A DNA stretch of 63,494 nucleotides, filler included, from Octopus bimaculoides (taxonomy: Eukaryota): assembly GCF_001194135.2 (NCBI RefSeq). It is 5 parts of 5 records of this genome, joined end to end, with 100 filler letters (N's around TTAATTAATTAA, not from the genome) between each part and the next. Parts side by side here need not be neighbours in the genome. Positions count along the whole stretch, not along the records: positions 1 to 4,138 come from NC_068987.1; positions 4,239 to 21,775 come from NC_068992.1; 3 more parts are not named here. One strand, written 5' to 3'. Position 1 is the first letter of the stretch. Each line of letters starts with the position of its first letter. A model generated the notes under the pieces. It saw nothing but the letters and a program-made list of their open reading frames with translations, was not told the origin of the DNA and made no database searches. A program made the translations under genes and the position numbers. Below are positions 1 through 13,782 of the stretch, in pieces.

Positions 1-1526
1 CATCTTAAACTTCTGGAACTTAGTGAAGGCAGATGTATTGTTTTCAGTCATGAAATAAATGGTGTACATTTGTCTCAAAGTGCTGGTGTTGAAGACTTTT
101 GACTTCCAAAGTAACATCAAATGTTATTTATAAATCGATATTCAGCTTTATTTGAATCGTTTCCAGATGTCATTTGTTGTCATATTTTTTGGTAGACACA
201 TTATACATGAAAGATTTCAAGCTGTTTTGGTCTTATTCTGTGCCAGCAATTCACTTAAACTGTTCTAACTATTGGAAGGGTGTATTCAATAAGAGAACAA
301 TATCTTCTCATCATGTCTTTTAAAGAAATTAATAATATTACTAACATATGCATCAATATTCACAGAAGATCTTTCTTATTATTTGAATTTCACACTTATA
401 CTACTTTCTGTTTTAACTTTTTGTTACCTGTTTCTGAAGGTCATTTTTTTAGTTAATCACATTTTTGTAAGTTCTGGATAAACAGATAATATAGTGGATA
501 TTTAAGTGAGTCATTGTGCATCTATTTATGGCTCTCTTCCTAATTTATTTGGAAATTCATGTAAAATCCTTGGAGAAATAATAACGAAAGGCATTTCTGA
601 AATACTTTAAAACCAGTAGAGATATTCTATTTAACAAATGCCACCACACACGTCAGTTCATTAGTAGGCATCTTCTTTGAGATATTAGCATATATAACTG
701 CATCTGTGTTTTATCTTTTTCTTTTTTCTTCTTCCATCTTGAATCCTACATTACATTTTCTTTATGCATTTCACGTAACAATATTTCCATTTGCAAAGCA
801 GACACTCTAAAATTGATTTAGATTGTCAAGATCCTACATTTTTGCTAAATATTACATCATAATTTAGTCTAGTCAAGAAAAACAAAAGTAGAATAAATTG
901 TAAATTATCATGTTTTAAATATCTTACTTGGCACAAAATAGCATGTGATATTTTCATAAATGTCAAATTTTCACATCATATTGATGGTACTCAAAAGAAT
1001 TAAAAGAGCTCTCATAGAAATATAAGTATTTCATAAAATCAAAAGTGATCACTTGCAAACTTTTTCTAGAAAAACTACAGGTTCCGTAGAAACAAACGTT
1101 TAGTTGCACTGCTAAATTTTATTACTCATGCTTTAGAAATAAGGACCACATTGTCTATGTTTTCTTTAGTTTTGAAATGAAAATCTCTGGTATATTTCTG
1201 TTGAACTTTTGCTTTCATTGTATACAGACTACTGCATGAGCAATTGTTATATTTTGGACACTTAAAAGAAATTGCTTGGTATTTGCAATTTAACGATTAT
1301 CTCTCACACATTTCATGTTTATTATTACAATCTTTGATTTTGTGCTTAACAATATACTTTGAGTTACATAAACTATTTTCATAAACCACTTTTTATTAAG
1401 GTTTGAGATGTTTGATAATTGTACCATTTTATTTAAATTTAATAATACTAACTTTAATTATTAAACATTTCATAAATGGAATTTGAAATTATAAATTGTA
1501 AGATTACACTTAGTGTCATAAATAAA

Positions 1527-1557
<31 letters not shown>

Positions 1558-1713
1558 TTCCATCCATCTTTTGTTCAGAATATACACTATTTTGTCTTTT
1601 AGAGACTTGTTTCTGCTCTGTATAATAGCCTTCTGTTTTCAAGGTGGATTTCTATGTTTCTCATGTGACTGTGCCAGGTCATACTGTGTCTGGCTATGTA
1701 AAATTTACCCATG

Positions 1714-2037
<324 letters not shown>

Positions 2038-4138
2038 ACATTCAGTTATTTCTAAACTTTTTAGATTTTATTATAATTGAGTGCTGGTGACATTGTGAAG
2101 TCCATTCTGCCAGTTATGAAACTAACCAATTAATATAATATATCTAGTCGTAACACTCTTCATGTTATTATTGTACTCATGACAGTAGATCGACAAAATC
2201 ATCAGGCAAAATGCCTTATTGTATTTTGTTACGGCTTTTTTTCTTTTTGAGTTTAAATTCTTCTTAGGTCAATTTGTTTTCATCCTTCCAAAATCAATGA
2301 AATACTAGTCAAGCACTAGGGCTAATGTAATAGATTTCACCTTTCAAAATTTGTAGTCTTGCACCGATATTAGAAATGAATATGTTGTTTATTCCCAGGC
2401 CAGCTTTGATCAAGTTGACCAATAATCAGTTGTATTCCAACCATGACTATCCTATGTAATTTTATGTTTATGACAACGTTGTCCACTGTATTTTTTATAA
2501 GACCATGGAGTGTGATTTTTCAAATTCATTTACTTACTATTACTAGCAAGTCAAGCATTAGTCAAGTTTTATTTATGTGGGTTAACTAATTAGCATGTGG
2601 TTAAATGTGTCATTTAATTACAACATTTCATTATGAACTAACAAGAGAGGCAAGGTGGTCATTCAAAGTGGCAGAAACTGCAGCTAAATCTACCTCAAAT
2701 TGTACTCTACTATCTTGAAAAGGAAGGGACGTTTTTTATGATGTTGTGCTTGGTACACAATATACAATAAAAAGATGAGATGGTCATTGTCAGCTCAGTA
2801 AGATTACTCTTTAAACTCTTCAAGTAGATAACTCAGTTTCCTAGAAGCAAGGAAAGCTAAATCTCTCGTTTTGTCGACTAGTACTGCATTGTCTTCACTT
2901 CGTACACTTCTAAGGTTTTACAGATGATAAACATACACCTTGACTTAAGAGAAATCAAGTGATAACATTTATGGAGATTCTACTCTCCTTTGTCATATAT
3001 CAGTAGCTACTTGTCATAGAGAATTTCATGGAGATTTTTGATTGTATCTGCCATGAGAATCTTTTGGCAAAGCTAACTGTTTATAGTATGTAGCCAAATC
3101 AGGTTACATGGAATAAAAGTTTTCTGTATTGATTATTATGTGTAATGAGTAGTGCAAAGTTGTATTGTCTAGTAATACTTGAGAATAGTGTAACGGTGAT
3201 GTTAAAATTTTTTTCAGTGCAACTGTTAATCTGTTCTTGTGGAGCCAGAATCTAATTTATATGTGTTTCATTAGAATTATTAAAAAGTTCTGTTTGGTAT
3301 GATGGTAAAAGATATGATTATGATACTGCTTTTATATGTGCAGGATCTGTAAGTGCAAACAAAGGTTGCAGCCTAAAGGTAGAAGATCAATGTAAGACTC
3401 TTTGTGAATCCATATATCTGGAAATTCTTATTGTTAAAAAATACTCATTTAATATTGTTTTAAAAGATATTTTATGTTGAATTGTAATAGACTATAACAT
3501 CAAAAGCACAACTGTTGCTGAGTGTGGTTAGACGTATGTAATTAGCTTTTGTTAAATTAATAAGCAATAACTTATGTAATATCTAGAAAAATTCACTTTA
3601 TTCTTGTTCATCAAAGGATGCAGTTTTTCTGCACAAAGTAATAATGCTACTTGAATACTTTTCAGAGATTTTGTGCATGCTATGAAGTAAAAGATACCTG
3701 TTGACAGATTTCCATATAAATGCTATTTACAGAGTGTACCATGTAAAGGGGAACAAAAAAATAAAAAAGCAAAGACATCAAACAGAAACAAATAACAATA
3801 GCACAGAAAAATGGCTCACACATTCAGTGGCCCGGGAACAAAATTTGCTTAGGGGGTGCAAACTCAGTTTCAAAATTTGGCACTACTGGAGAAGTGTGGA
3901 TCCGAGTTCTGGGAGTGTGCATGTCACAAATTTGCGCATGCGCCCGTGTTAGTCGTAAGTAGTCAAATTTAGCACACAGGTAAAAAACGAGATGCTCGCT
4001 ACTTGCTGTAAATGGAGGGTGGGTTATCCATCTAATACAAGAAGAAAATTGCAGATTAATTGAATAAAAACATGAAAAATAGCAAAATGACATTTCATTG
4101 AAAAGTAAACCATTCTGAAAGATAGTTCAGAATGTTTT

Positions 4139-4238
4139 NNNNNNNNNNNNNNNNNNNNNNNNNNNNNNNNNNNNNNNNNNNNTTAATTAATTAANNNNNN
4201 NNNNNNNNNNNNNNNNNNNNNNNNNNNNNNNNNNNNNN
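4139..4238. other. Assembly join spacer 44N-TTAATTAATTAA-44N
   Basis: Identical 100-bp constructs at 4139, 21776, 38691 and 60390. Confidence 0.95.
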
Positions 4239-4477
4239 GGCTCTTGTGCGGGTGGCACATAAAAGACACCATTTCGAGCGTGGCCGTTTTCGTGCGGGTG
4301 ACACGTAAAAGCACCCACTACACTCTCTGAGTGGTTGGCGTTAGGAAGGGCATCCAGCTGTAGAAACTCTGCCAAATTAGATTGGAGCCTGGTGTTGCCA
4401 TCCGGTTTCACCAGTCCTCAGTCAAATCGTCCAACCCATGCTAGCATGGAAAGCAGACGTTAAACGATGATGATGAT
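4239..4477 (+). mobile_element. Young RTE-tail retroposon/SINE 3' fragment
   Basis: ggcgttaggaagggcatccagctgtagaaac..ccaacccatgctagcatggaaag..taaacGATGATGAT; near-identical to copies at 12827, 20789, 21173 and 56213. Confidence 0.9.
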
Positions 4478-5123
4478 ATTGGTACATATTTTATCAATGC
4501 TGGGAGAATTAAATAGCAAAGTAAATTTCCGTAAGTACTGTCCATTAACCTATTATCACAAGTGAAATTGCAATTAAATACTGCTAAACATCTAATTAGC
4601 ACTTTACTAATTACTAATTATCAATTAAACTGTGTATTTTCCAACATTTTCTAAATTAAAATGTTTGTGTGCTGTTAGGTGTGTTCTGTTGATGTCATTG
4701 TTTAACCGCAGGTCAGTCATCAATGAGCAAACCTATGATCAAAAAGCATTTGCTAGTGCTTGAGTCAGTCTCAAATGTAATGGAAAATAGGTCAGTTTCA
4801 AAACATTGATGTCCAGGTCACAAAAACAAAGATTGAAGGGAATATTGGTCATTTGCTTTGGTTTCTCGATAGAAGCAAATAGGAAATAACACTTACTGAC
4901 CAAAGACAAAAAAAAAGGGAAAAATTTTGTTAGTCTAGCTGAGAACAGGGGAAGACAACTGCACTATTTTAGTTATCAAACTTGGATTTTTGGTTCATGT
5001 GACCTTTGATGCATATCATCATGTACATAAATTTTAAGTCAAACACATCAATGTCCCTGATCTAGGAATGGAGACAAGTTGTATTTTCTCCAACTTTGAA
5101 TATGAAGTGGTGGTTTTTATTAC

Positions 5124-5387
5124 CTTCCCTTATATTNNNNNNNNNNNNNNNNNNNNNNNNNNNNNNNNNNNNNNNNNNNNNNNNNNNNNNNNNNNNNNNN
5201 NNNNNNNNNNNNNNNNNNNNNNNNNNNNNNNNNNNNNNNNNNNNNNNNNNNNNNNNNNNNNNNNNNNNNNNNNNNNNNNNNNNNNNNNNNNNNNNNNNNN
5301 NNNNNNNNNNNNNNNNGATGTTGATTCTGAACAAATCTGTGAAACCTTTTTCTTCGGTTTTTGTTTCTTTAAAAGTTTCCAGTGTTT
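5124..5387 (-). CDS. EXOSC10: EXOSC10 exon [23 protein letters not shown].. interrupted by N gap 5137-5316
   Basis: tttcctttctatag acceptor; WKL motif and basic NLS-like run. A putative donor GAAG|gtaata at 5123 lies beyond the gap, so the frame cannot be verified. Confidence 0.7.
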
Positions 5388-5406
5388 CTATAGAAAGGAA
5401 ATGTAA

Positions 5407-5446
<40 letters not shown>

Positions 5447-8400
5447 CTTTTTAGTCATGTGATGCATATGGATGAGGACAGATGCATAAAGAAGTGCCAA
5501 GCTCTAACTGCGGAGGGTATCTGTGGAAGGGGTAGACCAGGAAGATGTGGGAAAGGACACTGGATCACACTGAAGAAATGACAAGGGATCAGGAGATGGG
5601 ACAATTTGCTGTACTTGATAAGACACATCAAGCTAAGTAAACTCACTGTCTTCCACATATACAGGCTTGTCCTTTCAGGTGTGAGTGCCACCTGTGCTGG
5701 TGTTGCTTTAACACACCTGTGCCAGTGCAGCATAAACGCACCCATGCCGGTGGCAGGTAAAAAGCACCCAGTACACTCTGTTAAGTAGTTGGCTTTAGGA
5801 AGGGCATCCAGCCATAGAAACCATGTCACAACAGACAGTTGGAGTCAGACAGCTTCCTGCTAGCCAGCTCCATGTGAAACTGTCCAACCGATGCCAGCAT
5901 GGAAAGATGATGATGATGAAAGCATTAACATAAACAAACAAAAGGTAAAACAAGCCATTTAGGCAGCCTCCTATGAGGACAACTGGCTGGCTTAAAATGG
6001 TAGACAAATCTAGCTCAATACCTTTAAAAAAGGACACTTTGTGTAATGTAGTTATAGATACACAATGCCTGAATCATGCGGAACATTTGATAAGTTGAAC
6101 AATAAACCCCTTTACTGAGTCCCTTATTGCTTCAATTTCTTTTTTATTTGCTGGGTGGAGGAAGGAGCAGGCCCCCTAAGATTGGCTAAATTTATGCCCT
6201 TAATGTTTCTTTTGAACCCTTATAAGTCAATACCTGCAGGAGAGATAAGAACAAGGGGGGGAATGCAGTCCAGTCAGAGAATCAAATCCACAATCTAACG
6301 ATTGCGAATGCCACAGCCCAACTACTAGGCCACGCACCTTCACAGTGAGAAGAAATAAATCATAGATTTCTCAGACAGCTTGCTGGTACCTTACCAACTT
6401 CACTATCCAAACTCTCTTGTGACATGGCCAACACATGATATTCTGAGGAGGATTTGATCAAATTCTGCATTGTTAAACGTTGGTAGTGAACCCAGATCCA
6501 TGTGGTTGGGAAGCAAGCTTCCTACCATACAGCCACGCCAGTGTCTATGTGTATATAAATAAAATATGCATGTACATATATATATATATATATGTGTATA
6601 CATATATGTATACACGTGTACATATACATGTGTGTATATATAAAAAAAAAAAAACATGAAAGAAAACACTGACCTCAATTTCAACATCTGTAGATTTGCT
6701 ATTTTCTTCCTCACTTTGATTAACAGGAAAGAACTAAAAAAAAGAAACACAAAACAATGATATAAACATATTCCAGAAAATAGCAAGAATGTCTTTGTTC
6801 CAAAATTTTAGCGGCCATCTCTGTAATGTCTGCTAGTTCACTATAACCAAAGCCTCACGGATAAATGTCTCAAAGACTATAATGATTTCACACAAAAACA
6901 AATGTTAAATAGGTTTTGAAACTTCAAAGAAACAGCATCATGTTGACTTCAGTTTCACAATGTTTTGCCTTTTTGCCATTCTTGTTCTAAATGACAGCGA
7001 CTGTGATAGCAGTTGTTTAGCCCCAGGCAGCCTTCATCCAGTAGACTTCTGACTAAAGCTGTTCCAACCATGATCTTATCATTTTTCAATCATCGTATAC
7101 CACTACACCCAAGTCTGCTCTGGTTCAGGGAGGTCGTAACTGCCACTAGCAAGAGATGGTCCTATAGCTTAGATATACAACACTCAGATGAGAGCCGGTC
7201 TTTACAAAAGTGTCAGACAGGCCCACTGCTGTATGGACATGTCCTAATGTTATGTGAACCAGTGCCCCCACCGCACCCACCATGCCAAGGGTTAAATGGG
7301 TCCTGTACTTCAAGGATAAGAAGTCTGGAAAGCAAGAGACTATCAAAGTAAACTTTAAATAAGCTAGCAGAAAGTAACAAGAAACCACTGCTGTATGTTA
7401 CTCAGCAAAATCATGAATTTCCTGGCTTTGGCATGGAAGCCCACAATCATCAATGGCTGTAGGCAAGGCACATGAAAAGTGAGTGTATCAAGAACTACAT
7501 TATCCAGTGTATCTTTCATTCTTTCCTAATTTAAGACTAGATTGTAATTTGGGGAAATATGTTTCTCATCATTATTTATGAACAATAGCATCATTGGTTA
7601 TGGATCATTGGTTCACAGCACTTGTGATCATTGGTTCACATACACAAGGGAGCATATGTAACAGGGTGCTGAACAAATATAACAATGGATTTTGTTTAAC
7701 AAACACTGTCTTTATAGACTTTCTCAGATGACAATTTCAATATTAAAAAAATTCTTCTATTTGAGCTCTCTCTGAAGACTAAATATGCCACTGGCCATTC
7801 TGTTGCATCACAGAGATAAAGCCAGACGGCCTTATTATGGTGGATGAGCTTGCCAAGGGCATGAATATCTAAAAGTTGAGGAGGGTTTAGCTTTGTGTGA
7901 TAACTGATTTAATGATGTTGATTAGAGAGGGGACCAGTGATTACAGCAGATTAGCCTCTATTGCGTGCACAACATATTTTACATTGTGAACTGGATTACC
8001 TTTTATAGAAATGGGAGATGGTGGTGGTGGTGATGATGATGATGACACTGATGACACAAAAGACATCTACAGTAACTTACCATAGTAAAAGGGCTCTTAA
8101 AAGATTCCTTAAGATCTGCAGCAAAATTTTTATTCTGAGAATTTTTCTGCAAAATTGAAAAATATTTATGAAATTATTTAATCTGGGTAGAAAAGATAAA
8201 GATATACAAGCTGTACTGGTATATGTTAATGCATGGTATACAGACGTGTTTATTAGCAAGTGGTAGTGTGGACAAGTGTGTGTTAGCATGAAGTATAGAA
8301 CATGTACAAGAGTGTGTTAACATGTGGCACTGCATAGTAATGTATAATAGCAAGTACTCATGTGTGTTGGCATGTACAAGTGTTAGCATCCTACAGAACA

Positions 8401-11400
8401 GTCTATAATTATCAAAGCTTTCTACAATTAAACCCACCTTGAGACTCCAATAAATAAAAATAATCTTTTATCCTTTGTTACATTCATTTGACTGTAGCCA
8501 TGTTGGGGCACCACTTTGAAGGACTTTAGTCAAACAAATCGACCCCAGGACTTATTTTTAAGCCTAATACTTATTCTATCAGTCTCTTTTGCTAAACTTT
8601 TAAGTTACGGGGACATAAACACACCAACACCGGCTGTCAAGCAGTGATGAGAGGACAAACACAGGCACAAAGACACAGACACACACATATATATACAAGG
8701 GGCTTATTCCAGTTTCCGTCTACCAAATCTACTAAAAAGGCTTTGGTCAGCCCGAGGCTATATTAGAAAACACTTGCCCGAAGTACCACACAGTATAACT
8801 GAACCCAGAACCATGTGGTTGGGAAATCTCAATACAACTGACCATACTCAGTGCCCATGACAAGTACTAGTTGTGTGAGAGTCAGTGCTAGTGACTAGTC
8901 ATTCCCTACCTATAAAAACTAGCTGTATGACAGTCTGTACTACTAGTTACATTTAGTCCTTACACCTACAAAAACTAGTTTTGTAGTGAATGAAATACTA
9001 GAGGGGTCAGGGCTACTGACTATGTTAAGTACCACACAACAGAAACTAGTTTTATAGGGCTCAATACTATTGACTAGTCAGTCCCTTGCAACAAAAAATA
9101 ATTATACAAGGGTCAGTACTAATGACTCCACCCACAAAAACTAGATTTATAGGGATCAATGTTGTTGACTATAGTCAGTCCCTTGCTATAAAAACTTAAT
9201 TGTATAAGGGTCAGTATCACTGACCCCTAGCTATAAAAACTAGTTTTGAAGGGATCAGTACTGTTGACTAGTTAGTCCCTTAGCACACCCCACAGAAACT
9301 AGTTATGTGGGAGGACCCAAAAAAGAAAACACAAAAGTGATGTATCAATAATAAAATAGTTGTATATTTACCACTGAGAACCAGTCAAATGCCGAAAGTA
9401 AGGGATGTTCTTTAAGATTCATGATAGAATTATCAGAAAGTTCAGCACCATTTAATTTGTTGGCCATCAGAGTATCTTCGAAATTGTCTTTAAATACAAG
9501 TCATCATAATATATTAATCATCATCATAAACAACATTATCATCATCAACAACACAGAGCAATAAAATGGCAAAAACAAACCCAATCAAATGTATCCCCTC
9601 CCAGTAGATTTGTGGCCTTGTACCAATTTGACTTCAGGCTAATGTGACCACAAAGCAAAGGAACCTTCTGTCAATGTGGCCATGTGCCAATGTTAGAAAA
9701 TGATAGCAAACACAGCAGTAGATGGTGGATAAAAACTGATGCAGCACCAAATGAAATACCTCACATGTTTTGATAATGTCCCTTTACATTCCAGCCAACT
9801 TCAAATCTCACTAGAGCTGATTTACATTTTCATCTGTTCAGAGTATATAAAAGAAATAACAGCTATACACTAGGAACTGGTTAAACTAACACACCTCTAC
9901 TCCAAAACGTGTTACTTTGTACCTATATTAAGCTATCATCTGAACTTACTAAATCTTTATTTCAACAGCTTACTGTGTAGAGTCACAAATGAACAAGGTA
10001 CATAACTCCAGTCACTCCTGTCTAATATCAACTGCAGTGTAACAATACCTCCTACAGGGGAAGCATCAACAAGGTTATTAGAGGTCATATATAATTCAAT
10101 AGGGAGAGGTGTCCTGAAGGGAAAGACATGGGCAAACAGACAAATCCAACGAAAATAAAGATGGTGATGAATAAAACGCAGAGCAAAAATGAAATGACAT
10201 TACCTGATTCATTATCTTTGTTATTGATTTGATGAGATAAATCATGAGGATATTCTAAAAGTTTGTTCATATCGTACTTTGGGTCGATGGAAACAGAGTC
10301 TTTCTTCTCAGGAACAACGCCACGTTGCTGTAAATATTAGAGCATTATAATTAATAGCAGTAATACTGGTTTCAAATTTTGGCACAAGGCCAGCAAGTTT
10401 GGAGTGGGGAAGTCAATTAAATTGGCCCCAGTGCTCAACTGGTACTAATTCTATCAACTTAGAAAGGATGAAAGGCACAGATCATAAAGATGTGCTAATG
10501 ATTCTGTCAGCTCGTTACCCAATTAATCATAATAATATCAGTTTGTCAAATTCCTTTACAGATATATTTTTATCAGTGGGGGCACTTACATTTATTAGTC
10601 TACAACCATTTTCTTCCCTGCCTTTAATAATTATATCTGGTTGATTATTATTTTTATTATTATTATTATTATTATTATTAAGGTGGGGAGCTAGTAGAAT
10701 TGTTAGCATACCCGCTGAAATGCTTAGCGGGATTTCATCCATCATTACAGTCTGAGCTCAAATCTCACAAAGGTTAACTTTGCCTTTCATCCTTTCAGGT
10801 TGATAAAATAAGTACCAGTTGAGCACTGGGGTCGATGTCAACTAGCATGCCTTGTGCCTATAGTACAAAGGATTATTATTATCATCATTATTATTAAGAT
10901 GACAGAATCATTAGTACACCAGGCAAAATGCTTAGTGGCATTTTGTCCATCTTTATGTTCTGAGTTCAAATTTTGCTGAGGTTGACTTTGCCTTTCATCT
11001 TACAGAGTTGAGCACTGGAGTCGATGTAATTGACTATCCCTAAAAATTTCAGGTCTTGTGCCTATAGTAGAAAGGATTATTATTATTATTATTATTACGC
11101 CCACCTACACCTGAAGATGTAAATCTATGTTGGCACATGGAGGCTGGTTGCTCCAATTCTCCATAAGCAGATATTTCCATACTTTGGAACAATCTTCATT
11201 GTATATTTAATACAGTATATTTAATACAGTACCAATTTAACTTGTCAATGATAAAAATACGAGAGTGGAGTCTGTATTACATTTGTCAGTCAGACAAACT
11301 GGAGAAAGCTCTTATGTACCTCGGTCAGTGCCACAATAAGTTACAAACTTACAGCTATCTGGTGAATGATTTGGTACTTTCATTTCACCCAACCCCCAAA

Positions 11401-11662
11401 AACCAGTCAGCTCAGTCCTTTTAAGCCTCAACACATTCCCAAAACAAACACAAGTACTTATTTACCTTCACGATAGTAATATCTCTTGCTTCTAGAATAT
11501 ATCCGTGAATTTCTTGTAAATACTGACGAATCAGAGGTGGTATTGGGTTGCAACAAGCTAAGACACCTTGTCGTTCCCTTGGTAGAATCTCTGCAATTTG
11601 TAGCAGCATATGATTAGGGAGAACATAACTGGAAAAGAACAAAAAGAAAGAAAAAAAAGAAA

Positions 11663-11695
<33 letters not shown>

Positions 11696-13748
11696 AGCAA
11701 TTGTTTCTAACTAAAGCATGAGGTCTGAATTTTATTAGGAGGGGTTAATCAATTGTATCAACTCAAATGCTCAAAACAGGTCCTTATTCTTTTATTTTGA
11801 GACCCAGGAAGATATGGGAGAAAGTACTGAAGGATAACTTCAGAACACTGAACCTTTTGGACAAGATATCAAAGGACTGAGATGCCTGGCACCTTGCTGT
11901 ACCCAAGAAAACCTGTCCTCCACAGTAGAAGTGTTAAGGCCATATCCCCTGGTGAAGAGTAGTGGCCTGCAAGAGTCCTTTGCTGGTGCCATGTAAAAAG
12001 CACTCATACCAGTGGCATGTAAAAAGCACCCAGCACACACTGAGAAGTGGCTAACATTAGGAAGGGCATCCAGCTGTAGAAACCAAACCAAATCAGACTG
12101 GAACCTGGTGCAGCTCCTTAGCTTACCAGCTCTGATCAAACCATTCAACCCATTCCAGCATAGAAAGATGATGATGATGATGATGATGATGATGACAGAG
12201 ACAGGTTTTTTTATGACTGTACAGAAGAGCTATCATAGTTGTAGAGTGGTGTGTAGGAAGGTTGGGAAATAGGGAACCTTGCAAGCTGCATGATATATAT
12301 AAGGGTGTCTTTTTGCTTAAATATAAAAATACAGCACAAAAACTAAGGTAGAGTGCTGATCAAATGTTATTAATACAGCCATTAGGTTTTGCCTGTGACC
12401 AAAGTACATAGCTCTAACTTGCTTCATCTTTATCATGACTGACAACAAACCAGGGTCCAACCTCTACTTTATGACCGAGTGGTCAGTGGTGGAGAGGGTA
12501 ATCTAGCTGTGGAAAAAAACTCAACTGATCCAACTTAAAACAATCAGGTTATAAAAAGTCAATGGGAAAACATAAATGTAAAATAGGGAAAAGAATTGTA
12601 GAGAAAAGAAAACTGGGTTTTACTTCAAGCTTTCATCTTGATTTCGTGCTGTCTTCTCTCTCCAAGAATACATCTTCTTCAAGGCAAACATCTGTTGAGA
12701 GTTGAAGGTTTTACGACTTTTTCTGTACAACACTTGATGTGATTCATCATTATAAATTGGCTTCGTGTAAACCTGAAATGAAGATTTTCGAATTCAATGG
12801 CTTCAGATCAATCTGTGATTAGCCTCCATCATCATCATCATCATCATCGTTTAACGTCCGCTTTCCATGCTAGCATGGGTTGGACGATTTGACTGAGGAC
12901 TGGTGAAACCGGATGGCAACACCAGGCTCCAGTCTAATTTGTCAGAGTTTCTACAGCTGGATGCCCTTCCTAACGCCAACCACTCAGAGAGTGTAGTGGG
13001 TGCTTTTACGCGTCACCCGCACGAAAACGGCCACGCTCGAAATGGTGTCTTTTATGTGCCACCCGCACAAGCCAGTCCAGGGGCACTGGCAACGATCTCG
13101 CTCGAAAATCCTACGAGAGCCAGTCAGGCGGTACTGGCAACGGCCACGCTCAAAATGGTGCATCCGGTTGCACCAGTCCTCAGTCAAATCGTCCAACCCA
13201 TGCTAGCATGGAAAGCGGACGTTAAACGATGATGATGATGATATGATGACGTTGATTATCATTATCATTATCATTGAGAGAGAGTAGTGCAAGCCATCAA
13301 ATATACAAATATACAAAGCTCAATATACCCATCATGACTACCAATCAGATAAAGGTACACTAGGCACATGCATCACAACCATATGTGCGGGACATGGTGA
13401 TCTCATATCAAGATATAAAGTGCATGACCTTGCAGGTGGGGCCCAGTTACAATTTTCTTCAGGATGAGTAGCCCACCTTACTCAAAAGGTCCCAGAATAA
13501 GAGTTGTTAAGGATGTTGAATGAAACACCCATGTTTCCAGGGGTGAATTATCCAAACCCCAAAGAGTTCTTTTCAACACATGGCAATGATGCTCCCCTGC
13601 TACGTCTGCTCATGATCAGAAAGGCACATATCATCAGCCACCAAGGGACATGCTCAACTGGTTAAGTTCAAGCAACTGACAAGCAAATCTGTGGTATTGA
13701 GCAGAATATTTGCTGTAGCCCATCTTTTATACCAAAACAAAACAACAT

Positions 13749-13782
<34 letters not shown>

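Noticed and set aside
3955-4033. Terminal EXOSC10 exon after the acceptor ttcttgtattag
   Set aside because: No similarity to the RRP6 C-terminus; runs into repeat-derived sequence; phase cannot be tested across gaps.
4183-4194. TTAATTAATTAA recurring four times (4183, 21820, 38735, 60434) as a possible motif or PacI-like site
   Set aside because: Always centred in exactly 44 N on each side: a synthetic scaffolding spacer, not biology.
6403-6470. Extra EXOSC10 exon ([12 protein letters not shown], cag/gtaagg)
   Set aside because: Weak polypyrimidine tract, abuts a SINE, ends in phase 1, whereas 6674 joins 5387 cleanly in phase 0.
8865-9315. CRISPR-like array
   Set aside because: Eukaryotic intron; units are degenerate and directly adjacent with no unique spacers, and there are no cas genes.
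12903-13232. Repeated [27 protein letters not shown] (also at 4187, 20794, 21240, 56286) as a peptide family
   Set aside because: Antisense frame of the multicopy retroposon; identity reflects element youth, not selection.
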